Shown here piece by piece: positions 9,254 to 18,677 of a stretch of DNA of 64,000 nt. Both the position numbers and the translations under genes were made by a program. Position 1 is the first letter of the stretch. Each line of letters starts with the position of its first letter. Origin of the DNA: Patescibacteria group bacterium (GTDB lineage Bacteria > Patescibacteriota > Dojkabacteria > J137). The stretch lies in assembly GCA_016861265.1 (NCBI GenBank), contig BOLA01000001.1, positions 395,569 to 459,568 on the forward strand, in the 5' to 3' direction. The notes beneath the pieces were generated by a model that was not told the origin of the DNA, ran no database searches, and was given only the letters and a program-made list of their open reading frames with translations.

Positions 9254-10144
9254 TTATTTAGCCCAAGACTTTAATAACTCCACCTGCTGCATTGCACCTT
9301 CGGGAGTATCAAGCGCAGGAGTTTCTAATACAAAATCTTTATCTTTTAATTTAGGATGATTCAAAAATGCAGTCATTGCCTTTTCACCAATTTTTGCATC
9401 AGGACTACCTAAATTTTCATGCCTATCCTTATTTGAACCCAGATCAGTCTTTGAGTCATTAAAGTGAATTACAGGAATCTTATTTAAATCTAAAAGTTTA
9501 TCCGCATGCTCTACTACATTATCAAGCTCATTTACTAAGTCGTAACCGGAGGCAAACATATGCTGAGTGTCAAGGCAAAAGCCCAATTTATGCTTATGCT
9601 CATCTTTTACACCTGCATAAATCTCGGCTAACTCTTCAAATCTATCACCAACAACATTTCCCGAACCCGCTGCTACTTCAAGAAATAATTTAGGCTTATC
9701 CCAGAATTGTTTACTAGCACTTGGCATTTCATCGACAGTATCAAAAATCCAATTCAAACCATAAATTACTCTGTCGTACCCTGTCTTTTGGTCAGGTTGA
9801 TCCTTTAAAGATCCTGTATGAAAGATTACACCATCTCCATTAATTTGACGCAGCAAATCTAAATGATGAACTAGCGATAGTTTAGACAGGTGGAATTTCT
9901 GCTTATCGGGATTCGCCAAATTTATTAAATAGATACCATGAAAGTAAACTTTTTGTATATTTGTATCTAGTGTTTTTGCTTTATTATATTTTTCAATTGC
10001 TTCTTCTTTGAATGGTTGAGAATTCCATCTCTGTGGAGGGGCCGGGTGAGTCATAACAGTATTGATATTCAACTGATTGCCTCTTTCAATAATATTGAAT
10101 AATCCTCCTGCACACGAAACAAAGGCTCCGAGATTTCTTTGCAT
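9254..10144 (-). CDS. nfo: endonuclease IV (AP endonuclease family 2)
   Basis: N-terminus GAFVSCAGGLFN (compare E. coli Nfo GAHVSAAGGL). HGIYLINLA and the FHTGS/DTQH metal-ligand regions are present. Confidence 0.8.
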   Translation of the reverse strand: MQRNLGAFVSCAGGLFNIIERGNQLNINTVMTHPAPPQRWNSQPFKEEAIEKYNKAKTLDTNIQKVYFHGIYLINLANPDKQKFHLSKLSLVHHLDLLRQINGDGVIFHTGSLKDQPDQKTGYDRVIYGLNWIFDTVDEMPSASKQFWDKPKLFLEVAAGSGNVVGDRFEELAEIYAGVKDEHKHKLGFCLDTQHMFASGYDLVNELDNVVEHADKLLDLNKIPVIHFNDSKTDLGSNKDRHENLGSPDAKIGEKAMTAFLNHPKLKDKDFVLETPALDTPEGAMQQVELLKSWAK

Positions 10145-10986
10145 TATTTCTTATTCCTAAAAAATACAATTACTATTAACATTGATATTATTACCAGCCC
10201 TACTCCGGTTATAAAGAAACTAGATTTGTGAGTGATATCATCTCTATAAATTATCAACAATGTTAAAAACAAAGTACTTATAAATGTCATGAAGGCATAT
10301 TTGTTGAATCTGTATAAGTCATCTGAGGTTCTAACCTGAAACTTGGTATTTATAGAGTTCATTAATGTTTCGCAGAATTCCTTTGCATAATTTAATTCTT
10401 CCTCAAGATAGGTCTTCTTATAGTTTAAAGAACTCTGCTGAGTCTTATTCATATAATCATCTACTAATTCAATTAACTTATTTTGATTAGCAAATATTAA
10501 TTTAAGACTAGAAATATTAATTTCTGCGTTTGTTAAATGTCTGATAACCTTGTAATTATCAGATTTATACAAATATTCTTTCCTAATCTCATCGGTATCG
10601 CCTAGTATGTGACTTACAATTCTTGAAACATCTTCAAATACTAAAGATAGAAATTTTTCAAAGAAGCCACCAAAAGTCTTAAAATTCATTTGAGCTATTT
10701 CTTGAGAGTATTTTTCAAAAAAATATGTAGAGTTATTTGCAAATACATCTACTGAGCCTTCCTTAGCGGGGAACACAATATTAATTTCTACCGTATCAAT
10801 TGCCTTTGTAGTCTTGTTGTACTCAGGTATATAGAAAATCATGAATAGATGTTCTTCTTCTTCTTTAAATTCTACTCTAGAATTTTCTGCAGTTATCTTA
10901 GACTTAATTGAATCGGGAACATCTATCTTTTTTAATACTGAATTTAATTCAGAATCGGATAGATTTAGGTGAAGGTTTATATTCAT
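10144..10986 (-). CDS. hypothetical protein with C-terminal TM anchor
   Basis: 280-aa ORF with no recognisable motif. Hydrophobic C-terminal helices. Confidence 0.4.
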   Translation of the reverse strand: MNINLHLNLSDSELNSVLKKIDVPDSIKSKITAENSRVEFKEEEEHLFMIFYIPEYNKTTKAIDTVEINIVFPAKEGSVDVFANNSTYFFEKYSQEIAQMNFKTFGGFFEKFLSLVFEDVSRIVSHILGDTDEIRKEYLYKSDNYKVIRHLTNAEINISSLKLIFANQNKLIELVDDYMNKTQQSSLNYKKTYLEEELNYAKEFCETLMNSINTKFQVRTSDDLYRFNKYAFMTFISTLFLTLLIIYRDDITHKSSFFITGVGLVIISMLIVIVFFRNKK

Positions 10987-11064
10987 AGAAAAGTGTTAAA
11001 TTTCTATTAATATATCACAAAAATAAATTACTTTACGAATTGGAATATAGAATACGTATAACTG

Positions 11065-12510
11065 TTACTCGCTTACTTGTAAAAGCTTCTGCAGCTCTTC
11101 TTCTGCAATTTTCGGATTTACCTTTCCCTGAGTCTGACGCATTACCTGACCAACTAATGCCTTTATTACATTTGGATTCTTTGCAAAATCAGAAACAAGC
11201 TTTGGATTCTCGTTAATTACTTTTTGTGCAACATCTGCAACAAAGCTTGAATCAGTAATCTGTGTGAGACCTTTAGATTCAATTATTACCTTAGCACTTC
11301 CTCCTTCTTCAAATATGGTATTTATTACATCTTTTGCTATAGTTCCGGAAATTGTCTTTTCTTGCATTTGCCTTACAAGTTCCAATAAATCTGTATTAGA
11401 AAGCTTCATTTCTAAAATAGAATGATCTCGTTTTTCCAAGTGACCAGAAATCTCGCCCACAATCCATTTTGCAGCCTCTTTAATCTCCTCTTTTATTTCT
11501 GTTAATTTTATAAATTCATCGAACCAATCTCCTTTTTGCTTATCTTCTACAAATATATCGGCCTGCTCTCCTTCGAGACCAAGTTCCATATATCTTTGTT
11601 TACGTTCATGAGGCAATTCTACAAGATTGTTTTTAATTTCTTCAATTTGAGAACTCTCAATTCTGATTGGAGGAATATCGGGTTCAGGAAAATATCTATA
11701 ATCATCTGAAGTTTCCTTTCCTCTTTGAAATAAAGTTTCCCCAGTCATTCCCTTTAAACCTCTTGTCTGAGGCTTTATTTTCTCACCTTTTTCTAGTAAT
11801 TCAGTCTGTCTTTTGACCTCAAAGTTTAAGACTTTCTCCAAAACAGAAATAGAGCCAATATTTTTAACCTCTACCTTGTAATCAGGTAATTGCCCGGCAG
11901 GCATTGTATCGGGTTTAACACTAATATTTAATTCAAATCGCATTTGTCCTTTTTGCATTTCAGCATCGGAAATATCAAGGTATTTAACAATCTGCTTTAG
12001 TCTTTTTGCAAATAGAATAACTTCTTCAATTGATTCAAAATCCGGATAGGTTACTATCTCAATTAATGGTACTCCAGATTTGTTGTAATCAATAAGTGTG
12101 TCATCGTTCTCTGAGTGTAGAGATTTCGCTGTGTCTTCCTCTAAATGAATTCTTTGAAGTCTAATTCTTCTTGAGTCTCCCATAACCTCAATTTCTACAT
12201 AACCATTCTCCCCTATTGGCTGGTCATACTGCGAAATTTGATAACCCTTTGGCAAATCAGGGTAAAAATAGTTCTTTCGGTCGAATTTAGTTTCTTGATT
12301 TATTGTGCAATTTAATGCAACAGCAAGTCTTAGAGCCTTGTTAAACGCTTCCTTGTTAGGAATAGGCAATGCTCCTGGTAAGCCAAAACATACTGGACAA
12401 ACATGTGAATTAGGTTCGCTTTCAAAATACTGAGACGAACATCGGCAAAACATTTTTGAGTTTGTTTTTACCTGTAAGTGAATTTCAAGCCCTACAACTG
12501 GTGAATACAT
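11065..12510 (-). CDS. gatB: Asp-tRNA(Asn)/Glu-tRNA(Gln) amidotransferase subunit B
   Basis: N-terminus VVGLEIHLQVKTNSKMFCRCS...CPVCFGLPGALP is diagnostic for GatB. The C-terminal GatB/YqeY domain is present. Confidence 0.9.
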   Translation of the reverse strand: MYSPVVGLEIHLQVKTNSKMFCRCSSQYFESEPNSHVCPVCFGLPGALPIPNKEAFNKALRLAVALNCTINQETKFDRKNYFYPDLPKGYQISQYDQPIGENGYVEIEVMGDSRRIRLQRIHLEEDTAKSLHSENDDTLIDYNKSGVPLIEIVTYPDFESIEEVILFAKRLKQIVKYLDISDAEMQKGQMRFELNISVKPDTMPAGQLPDYKVEVKNIGSISVLEKVLNFEVKRQTELLEKGEKIKPQTRGLKGMTGETLFQRGKETSDDYRYFPEPDIPPIRIESSQIEEIKNNLVELPHERKQRYMELGLEGEQADIFVEDKQKGDWFDEFIKLTEIKEEIKEAAKWIVGEISGHLEKRDHSILEMKLSNTDLLELVRQMQEKTISGTIAKDVINTIFEEGGSAKVIIESKGLTQITDSSFVADVAQKVINENPKLVSDFAKNPNVIKALVGQVMRQTQGKVNPKIAEEELQKLLQVSE

Positions 12511-12633
12511 AATATTTGTTTAAACTGGATTGATTATATAGCATGCGGAGTTTTTTTTGTACTTGCAGCACAACTCAAGGATTATAAACGAATAAATTAG
12601 TATTATAGATTTGCGATATCACCGAAGACGGTT

Positions 12634-13395
12634 TTATTTAAAGAAGCAATCTACCGCAAATAGATCCTCCGCACTTTCAGTTGGACAAATTCCATTCGCT
12701 CTTCTCTCAAAAAAATTAGAGTCCTGTAATTTTACAGCTGAATCAGCAAAATCCGTCGGATAGACTTTCTCGCTAGTATGCTGCCAGAATGCTACAGAAA
12801 CTAGATAAAAGGATAGTAATACACCCATAAAAATCGCAATTTTCTTAATTTGTGTATTATGAATATATCTTGTTACCTTGCTTTTAAAAGTGACTTCTTT
12901 GTTTTCTGTTAAATCCTCTGCAAATGTACCGCTAATCCATAGAGACAAACCTATTCCGAAGAATGCCCCTGTTAAGAATCTTACTAAGTCGTTACTTGAG
13001 TATACCGGTATTCCCATCAAGCCGCCTTTATACGATAAATTCAACATAGTAAACACTGTTTGAATTCCTCCATCCAATCCAATTGGGATAGCAAAAGGAA
13101 TTACCCAATACCATTTAATCGGTTTTATCTTATTATATTTTAATGCCCATGCTACGAATGCTACACCTGCCCATATTCCTGCATCTCTTGCACACCAAGC
13201 GTACTGGTAATCGAATAGGTGAATCGATCTGGTCGCGAATTGATGACAAAAGAAACTATAAATAAAGTAAATTATCTTTGCTGGGAATATTAAACCCAAC
13301 TTCAGTAAAACAGGGGCGAGAATTGGGAGCGCAACAAGTGTTGTTAATACGCCTAAATACCAATTATAAAAGATTTCTGAAGACTTTTTTGTCAT
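12634..13395 (-). CDS. DUF2085-like polytopic membrane protein
   Basis: Multiple TM helices plus an FFCHQFATRS motif reminiscent of the DUF2085 CHQ signature. The family assignment is from memory. Confidence 0.45.
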   Translation of the reverse strand: MTKKSSEIFYNWYLGVLTTLVALPILAPVLLKLGLIFPAKIIYFIYSFFCHQFATRSIHLFDYQYAWCARDAGIWAGVAFVAWALKYNKIKPIKWYWVIPFAIPIGLDGGIQTVFTMLNLSYKGGLMGIPVYSSNDLVRFLTGAFFGIGLSLWISGTFAEDLTENKEVTFKSKVTRYIHNTQIKKIAIFMGVLLSFYLVSVAFWQHTSEKVYPTDFADSAVKLQDSNFFERRANGICPTESAEDLFAVDCFFK

Positions 13396-13397
13396 AG

Positions 13398-14096
13398 TTA
13401 ATTAATTTCAGTACCTATAAATGCATTGCCAGTTAGTAGATTTTTTAGATTCTCAAAATCCATTCCGCTAACAACATAGAATGTTATACCATTTTCCTTC
13501 GCCAATCTAGCAGCAATTGGATCTACAGGTAAATTAGCCCCCGGGGTGTGCTTTTCTGGATTACCAATAATTCCTAAGTATTCATCCCAATCAACCTTTG
13601 ACAATCTTTTTGCATTAGGGTTCTTATCGGGATCTTCTGAGTAAACAGCATCAATATCCTTTAAGGTTACTATTTGCTTGGCTCCTAAACGCTTAGCTAG
13701 CCAAGTTGCATCCCAATCACTGCTAGGTCCCGGCTGACCAGCACCCGCAATTAGGAATCTTTTATTAAATTTAATCGGCGAATCTGAATTTAAATCGCCT
13801 AGACCTAGAATCTTGTCTTCGGCTAGATTACCAAAGACACTCCTTAACATTACCGCGTTCATATTACACGCAACAGTTCCAATATAATGCTGATCGTATT
13901 CTGGGTAGTTATTATCCTTTAATAATTGTTGATATTCTCTACTAATATTGCCACCCCCAGTTATTAGTACAAATTTTAGATTTGAATCTACTGAATTAAA
14001 AAATTCTTTTATCCTTTGGGCTTCTTGAAAATCGAAAAGTTTATCCTTTAAAGATAAAACAGAGCCACCAATTTTTACAACGAAGATATTTTCCAT
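13398..14096 (-). CDS. pyrH: UMP kinase (amino-acid-kinase fold, archaeal-type short form)
   Basis: VVKIGGSVL N-terminus and a VLITGGGNISREY glycine motif (compare PyrH GGGNIFRG). 232 aa. Confidence 0.7.
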   Translation of the reverse strand: MENIFVVKIGGSVLSLKDKLFDFQEAQRIKEFFNSVDSNLKFVLITGGGNISREYQQLLKDNNYPEYDQHYIGTVACNMNAVMLRSVFGNLAEDKILGLGDLNSDSPIKFNKRFLIAGAGQPGPSSDWDATWLAKRLGAKQIVTLKDIDAVYSEDPDKNPNAKRLSKVDWDEYLGIIGNPEKHTPGANLPVDPIAARLAKENGITFYVVSGMDFENLKNLLTGNAFIGTEIN

Positions 14097-14162
14097 AAAA
14101 ATTCTTAAGTTATTACTTTATATCACAGCTTATATAATCAATAAAGGAATTAAGAAGGGATT

Positions 14163-14183
14163 GCCTCCGAATTATCGGAGGCG
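14163..14183 (-). terminator. intrinsic terminator of the GC-rich islet-1 gene
   Basis: Hairpin gcctccga-atta-tcggaggc lying 6 nt downstream (minus sense) of the TGA stop of 14189..14548. Confidence 0.55.
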
Positions 14184-14188
14184 TCTCC

Positions 14189-14548
14189 TCACAGCCTAGG
14201 ATTAGATGTTATTTCTGGCTGAGGCGGTACTCTTCGCCTTCTGCGGAAATGCTCCTTTCGATCCCAGAGACCGAATATTGCATGACTAGCCACCGCAATC
14301 AGAAAGCCCCACATTGTGAGATTGCCAATGTTCATGTATATCTCACTTCCGGTTTCGAAGTGTACGATATAGCAACCCCAGCCTCCGCCTGCGAACACCA
14401 GTATCGACAATACGCTTATCAGAACAGAATAGTGATCATCCCGTTCCATAAAGCGGATTACGACTTGTGCTACGAAGATGATAACCGCGACTACGGACAA
14501 CACAGGTGCAATATATGCCGTAGCTTTAATTAGCCAAACTAGCTGCAC
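14189..14548 (-). CDS. small 3-TM membrane protein with Arg-rich C-terminus, encoded in a GC-rich islet; function unknown
   Basis: GTG start 5 nt downstream of a strong SD GGGAGGTG. GC-rich codon usage of about 48% GC against about 33% background. Three hydrophobic helices, then an RRRRRVPPQP tail. Followed by its own hairpin terminator. Confidence 0.6.
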   Translation of the reverse strand: MQLVWLIKATAYIAPVLSVVAVIIFVAQVVIRFMERDDHYSVLISVLSILVFAGGGWGCYIVHFETGSEIYMNIGNLTMWGFLIAVASHAIFGLWDRKEHFRRRRRVPPQPEITSNPRL

Positions 14549-14845
14549 GATACACCTCCCAGGTTTACAATGAGCAGTAGCTAATTATAACATTGGTTGG
14601 CTATTTAAAGCCTCTTACAGAATTAATGCTATAATAAATCCGAATAAAAGCAGAAGTTTGATAATAATTAGCACAAAAACTTCAGTAAAAAGCCTAAGAG
14701 AACTGATTTATATTGAATTGCCGAAGAAATTCAACTATAAAAAATCCCTCAGAATATCTTCTTTTTAACGAATAGTTTGTTAATTACCCTATAACTTGGA
14801 ATTGAATAACTTTTGCAACTAAATTAAAATACATTAAAAATAAAT

Positions 14846-16609
14846 ATGGAAAACTTAGAAACAAAGAAAGAAGTTCCTGCGCAGGAACCAAAATTAAATT
14901 TTGGTGGACTTGAAAAAAGACCTACGCACAAAAGAACAGCACCACAAGGTGATTTAAAAATTATACCGTTGGGCGGAGTTGAAGAAATAGGTATTAACTG
15001 TACCGCATACGAATACAACAACGACATTCTTATAGTTGATTTAGGATTGGGATTTTCTGAATTCGACTATTATGGAATCGACGCAGTTGTTCCGGATATT
15101 AAGTACCTTGTACCTAAAAGAAAAAGAATTAAAGGTATTTTTGTAACTCACGGTCACTTAGACCATATAGGTGCGTTTCCTTATCTAATTGAGGAATTAG
15201 GATTCCCACCAGTGTATGGATCTAAATTCACAATTGAGATGATAAAACAGAGAGTTGATGAGATACCTGGCCTACTACAAAGATTATTGCCTAAACTACA
15301 TGTTGTAGAGGAAAAAGACGTAGTTAAGCTTGGTAGCTTTAAGCTTGAATTCTTTCATGTAAACCACTCAATTCCTCAGTGTCTGGGAGTTTGTATACAA
15401 ACACCAACAGCAAGAGTTGTACAAACAGGAGACTTTAAATTTGACAATACTCCAATTAACGAACCCGTAGCAAACTTTGGAAAAATTGTTGAGTTCGGTA
15501 ATAGAGGCGTAGATGTTCTACTTGCTGACTCTACTAATTCACTTAAGAAAGGATATCCGGTTTCGGAGAGCGACGTCGCAAAAAACTTGGAAGATGCTAT
15601 TGATAGAGCTGAAGGAAGAGTTATTGTTGGTACGTTCTCGGGCTTAGTAGGTAGACTTTACCAACTAATTCAAATTGCAGTAAAGCAAAAAAGGAAAGTG
15701 GCTATTGCCGGCTTTTCTATGAACAAAACTTTAACACTAGCACAAGAAATCGGTTATATAAAAATACCACCTGGATTATTAATTCAGATGAAAGATGTAA
15801 TGAGATACGATCCTTCACAGGTATTAATATTAACAACGGGAGCACAAGGTGAGCCCGATGCCGCGTTAAGTAAAATGTCCTCCGAAGATTATAAAGGTTA
15901 TCAAATACAAAAAGGTGACAAAGTAATTATTTCGGCTAAAACAATTCCAGGTAACGATAGGGCCGTTCAGTTAATGGTAGACAACATTACAAGAAGAGGA
16001 GCTACCGTAGCACAATTGGATGATCTTGATTTATTCACATCAGGACACGGTTACCAGGAAGACCAGAAAATAATGTTGAACTTGGTAAAACCAAAATTCT
16101 TTATGCCAGTTCATGGGTACCAATATTTCTTAAGGGCACACGGCGAAACAGCTGTAAAAGTTGGAGTAAAAAGAGAGAATCTTATTATTGCACAAAGAGG
16201 CTGTGTTATTGAGGGTAATAGATTCAAAGGTTTTAAGATAACAAGAAAGTTTCCTTGTGAACCATTAATAGTATCGGGATCAGGGGTTGGCGATATTGGA
16301 ACAGTTGTTCTAAAAGAAAGAGAACAAATGGCTAACTACGGAATGATTATTATAAGTTTGATGGCCGACAAAGATAGAAAACTTACAAGATCACCATTCG
16401 TATTAACAAGAGGATTTGTATATGTAAAAAAGAATCAGGAATTAATTCAATACATTTCTGATAGTGTAGAAAAAATATACGCGGGTGCTATAAAAGATGG
16501 TTTAGACAATAATGCTATTAAGGATGCACTATCTAACGAAATTGGAAGATTAGTGTTTAAGGAAACAGAAAGAGAGCCAATAATAATGACTATACTAAAT
16601 TACGTCTAA
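14846..16609 (+). CDS. rnj: ribonuclease J (metallo-beta-lactamase/beta-CASP RNase)
   Basis: VTHGHLDHIGAFPYL (the HxHxDH motif) and the beta-CASP region. 587 aa is typical of RNase J. Confidence 0.85.
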   Translation: MENLETKKEVPAQEPKLNFGGLEKRPTHKRTAPQGDLKIIPLGGVEEIGINCTAYEYNNDILIVDLGLGFSEFDYYGIDAVVPDIKYLVPKRKRIKGIFVTHGHLDHIGAFPYLIEELGFPPVYGSKFTIEMIKQRVDEIPGLLQRLLPKLHVVEEKDVVKLGSFKLEFFHVNHSIPQCLGVCIQTPTARVVQTGDFKFDNTPINEPVANFGKIVEFGNRGVDVLLADSTNSLKKGYPVSESDVAKNLEDAIDRAEGRVIVGTFSGLVGRLYQLIQIAVKQKRKVAIAGFSMNKTLTLAQEIGYIKIPPGLLIQMKDVMRYDPSQVLILTTGAQGEPDAALSKMSSEDYKGYQIQKGDKVIISAKTIPGNDRAVQLMVDNITRRGATVAQLDDLDLFTSGHGYQEDQKIMLNLVKPKFFMPVHGYQYFLRAHGETAVKVGVKRENLIIAQRGCVIEGNRFKGFKITRKFPCEPLIVSGSGVGDIGTVVLKEREQMANYGMIIISLMADKDRKLTRSPFVLTRGFVYVKKNQELIQYISDSVEKIYAGAIKDGLDNNAIKDALSNEIGRLVFKETEREPIIMTILNYV

Positions 16610-16956
16610 GGATTTAGTGCACTTTCGAGGTCATTGCTTAGTGTTATGTTCTTAAAGCTTAGCCGGAGTTGAATAATAATTGCTTTTTGTAAATCAATTC
16701 CGGTTATGTGAGGCTGCTGGATTAACGACAGAATATCTCTAAGCAATTTCTCCTTATGAATTTCAAAATCATCAGGATTAGTTTCTACCGAGACTTCACC
16801 CTGCCAAAAGCTAAGAAAAGGATTCGAAGACTTTCTACTGAATATTATTACGAAAGAATTAAGGTAATCGATAAAATCAAAGTATATATCGCCAAAAGGA
16901 GTACTATAGTCGGGAAATGGCATTTCTTTGGGGTAAAGATCAATTCCCCTTCTCAA
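16606..16956 (-). CDS. hypothetical protein
   Basis: 116-aa ORF with no recognisable motif. Overlaps the rnj stop by 4 nt on the opposite strand. Confidence 0.35.
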   Translation of the reverse strand: MRRGIDLYPKEMPFPDYSTPFGDIYFDFIDYLNSFVIIFSRKSSNPFLSFWQGEVSVETNPDDFEIHKEKLLRDILSLIQQPHITGIDLQKAIIIQLRLSFKNITLSNDLESALNP

Positions 16957-16958
16957 GG

Positions 16959-17228
16959 TTAAATTCTAACTCGTGTTTGCAGGTACTTTACCAAATAGTA
17001 GCTTAATGGTGTTAGCACTGCACCTAATAAGAAAGAGTTTATTAACCTGGCAAAAAATGAAGACAAGCCAGAAGTATTTGTTAGATTAATTGGAAATCCG
17101 TATAAGAATGAACCCTTTAGTAATTCAATTGCCAAGAAATTAATCAATGCACTAACAATTACGGCAACTATAAAGGAAAAGATCCATAACTGTTTTGCAA
17201 CCGGATCCATTTGATTAAACATAGTCAT
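16959..17228 (-). CDS. small membrane protein (2-3 TM)
   Basis: 89-aa hydrophobic ORF immediately upstream of 16606..16956. Confidence 0.35.
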   Translation of the reverse strand: MTMFNQMDPVAKQLWIFSFIVAVIVSALINFLAIELLKGSFLYGFPINLTNTSGLSSFFARLINSFLLGAVLTPLSYYLVKYLQTRVRI

Positions 17229-17280
17229 ACTTTTAAAGATATTACTAGTATTTTAAGGAAATTAGCAGCTATTTACAAGC

Positions 17281-18579
17281 TTAAAAAAGAGTTCTGATTT
17301 GACTCCAGGTTTTATCTGCGGTCTTTTCCCAGTCGTACCTTTCTGCCACAGCCCTACCCTTTTTAATAAACTCCTGCTGAAGGTTGTTGTCTCTTAGGTA
17401 TTCAATTATTTCTTTACTTGCCTTCTCTATATTTGCAGAATCAACTAAATACGCACCGCCATCTGTAACTTCTGGCAAACATGAGTAATTGCCAACCACT
17501 GCAGGTACTTGGGCCGCCATTGCCTGTAAAGGACCAAAACTGAATCCTTCGTACTTAGAAAAGTTAAAGTAGCAGTAGGCTTCTTTAATTAAGACCGTTA
17601 GGTCTTCATCACTGACCCTATCAGTAGTTGTTATATTTTCTAGAAGTCCATTTCTTTTTAACTCCTTAAGCACTCTATCGGCCCTTTCATTTTTTGGTTT
17701 AATTTTTGAACCTGTGGCCTTTGTAAAGTCCTTCCCAACCAAAACAAGCTTATTAGGTACATTATCAATATTAGATTCGGTTATTACTTTAAATAGTTTT
17801 ATTAAATCAAAAATACCTTTGTTTTTCTCTAAACCTGAATCGTAAATAAAGTATTTTTTTTCTTCGAGAGAAAATGCCTTCATTACGTGAGTCAACAATT
17901 TGGGATCAGTATCTTCAAAAAATTTTTCATCAACACCTAGATATATCGGGTAGATTTTCTCTTCCTTTACTCTTCCGTGTTTTACCAAATCTTTTTTAGA
18001 GAAATTAGAGTTTGTTAATACTAGGTCAGCATGCCTTATTCCATTGAACATTGAACGGTAGAATATTCCTTTAAGAATATTATGGATAAAACTTTTAGAA
18101 GAATAACTGTTTGTTGCAATTGGAATTGCATCGTGGGCCATTACTACTGTTTTAGGAACAAACGAAAGCTCTCTTTTTAATATCCAGGTAGAAGGTAATC
18201 CTCTTTCAAAGTTTACCGAGAAATATACATCAGGTTTGATTTCTTCAATCGCAGGTTTAAAAGTTAATTTCCATCTTTTAATATTTCCAACACTTGAATC
18301 CACTGCTTCTCCCAATGAATAAAAGCCGATTGTTTTAATATATTGGTCAACACTGAATTGAGACAATCCTAATGCAATGAGATTTTTTTTAAGGTCGTAG
18401 AAACCAACAAAATATACTTCTATGCTGTCTTCCAAAGCTAGTTTAATAATTCTTTTTATGACTTCTTTACCGTACTTACCAATCCCTCTAAATGAATACT
18501 GATCAAAGAGAAATGTAGTGTCGATTAGTAATCTTTTTGTCTCAATCTGTTCACTTTGAGTTTGTGCGTTGTCTTGCAT
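17281..18579 (-). CDS. glycosyltransferase family 4 (GT-B, GT1/GT4 type)
   Basis: C-terminal EGFSFGPLQAMAAQVPAVVG matches the GT4 E-x7-E sugar-nucleotide-binding motif. Confidence 0.7.
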   Translation of the reverse strand: MQDNAQTQSEQIETKRLLIDTTFLFDQYSFRGIGKYGKEVIKRIIKLALEDSIEVYFVGFYDLKKNLIALGLSQFSVDQYIKTIGFYSLGEAVDSSVGNIKRWKLTFKPAIEEIKPDVYFSVNFERGLPSTWILKRELSFVPKTVVMAHDAIPIATNSYSSKSFIHNILKGIFYRSMFNGIRHADLVLTNSNFSKKDLVKHGRVKEEKIYPIYLGVDEKFFEDTDPKLLTHVMKAFSLEEKKYFIYDSGLEKNKGIFDLIKLFKVITESNIDNVPNKLVLVGKDFTKATGSKIKPKNERADRVLKELKRNGLLENITTTDRVSDEDLTVLIKEAYCYFNFSKYEGFSFGPLQAMAAQVPAVVGNYSCLPEVTDGGAYLVDSANIEKASKEIIEYLRDNNLQQEFIKKGRAVAERYDWEKTADKTWSQIRTLF

Positions 18580-18677
18580 AAAATTATTTTAATACTTTAT
18601 TGATAGATTAAGAACAAGATTTTAACTCGAGATTGTAAAATAAACATTAAAAAATTTATTAATGCTAAAATTTATAC

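Noticed and set aside
14824-15027. 67-aa minus-strand ORF overlapping the rnj start
   Set aside because: It is entirely antisense to the 5' end of RNase J and has low-complexity sequence. It is most likely a frame artefact.
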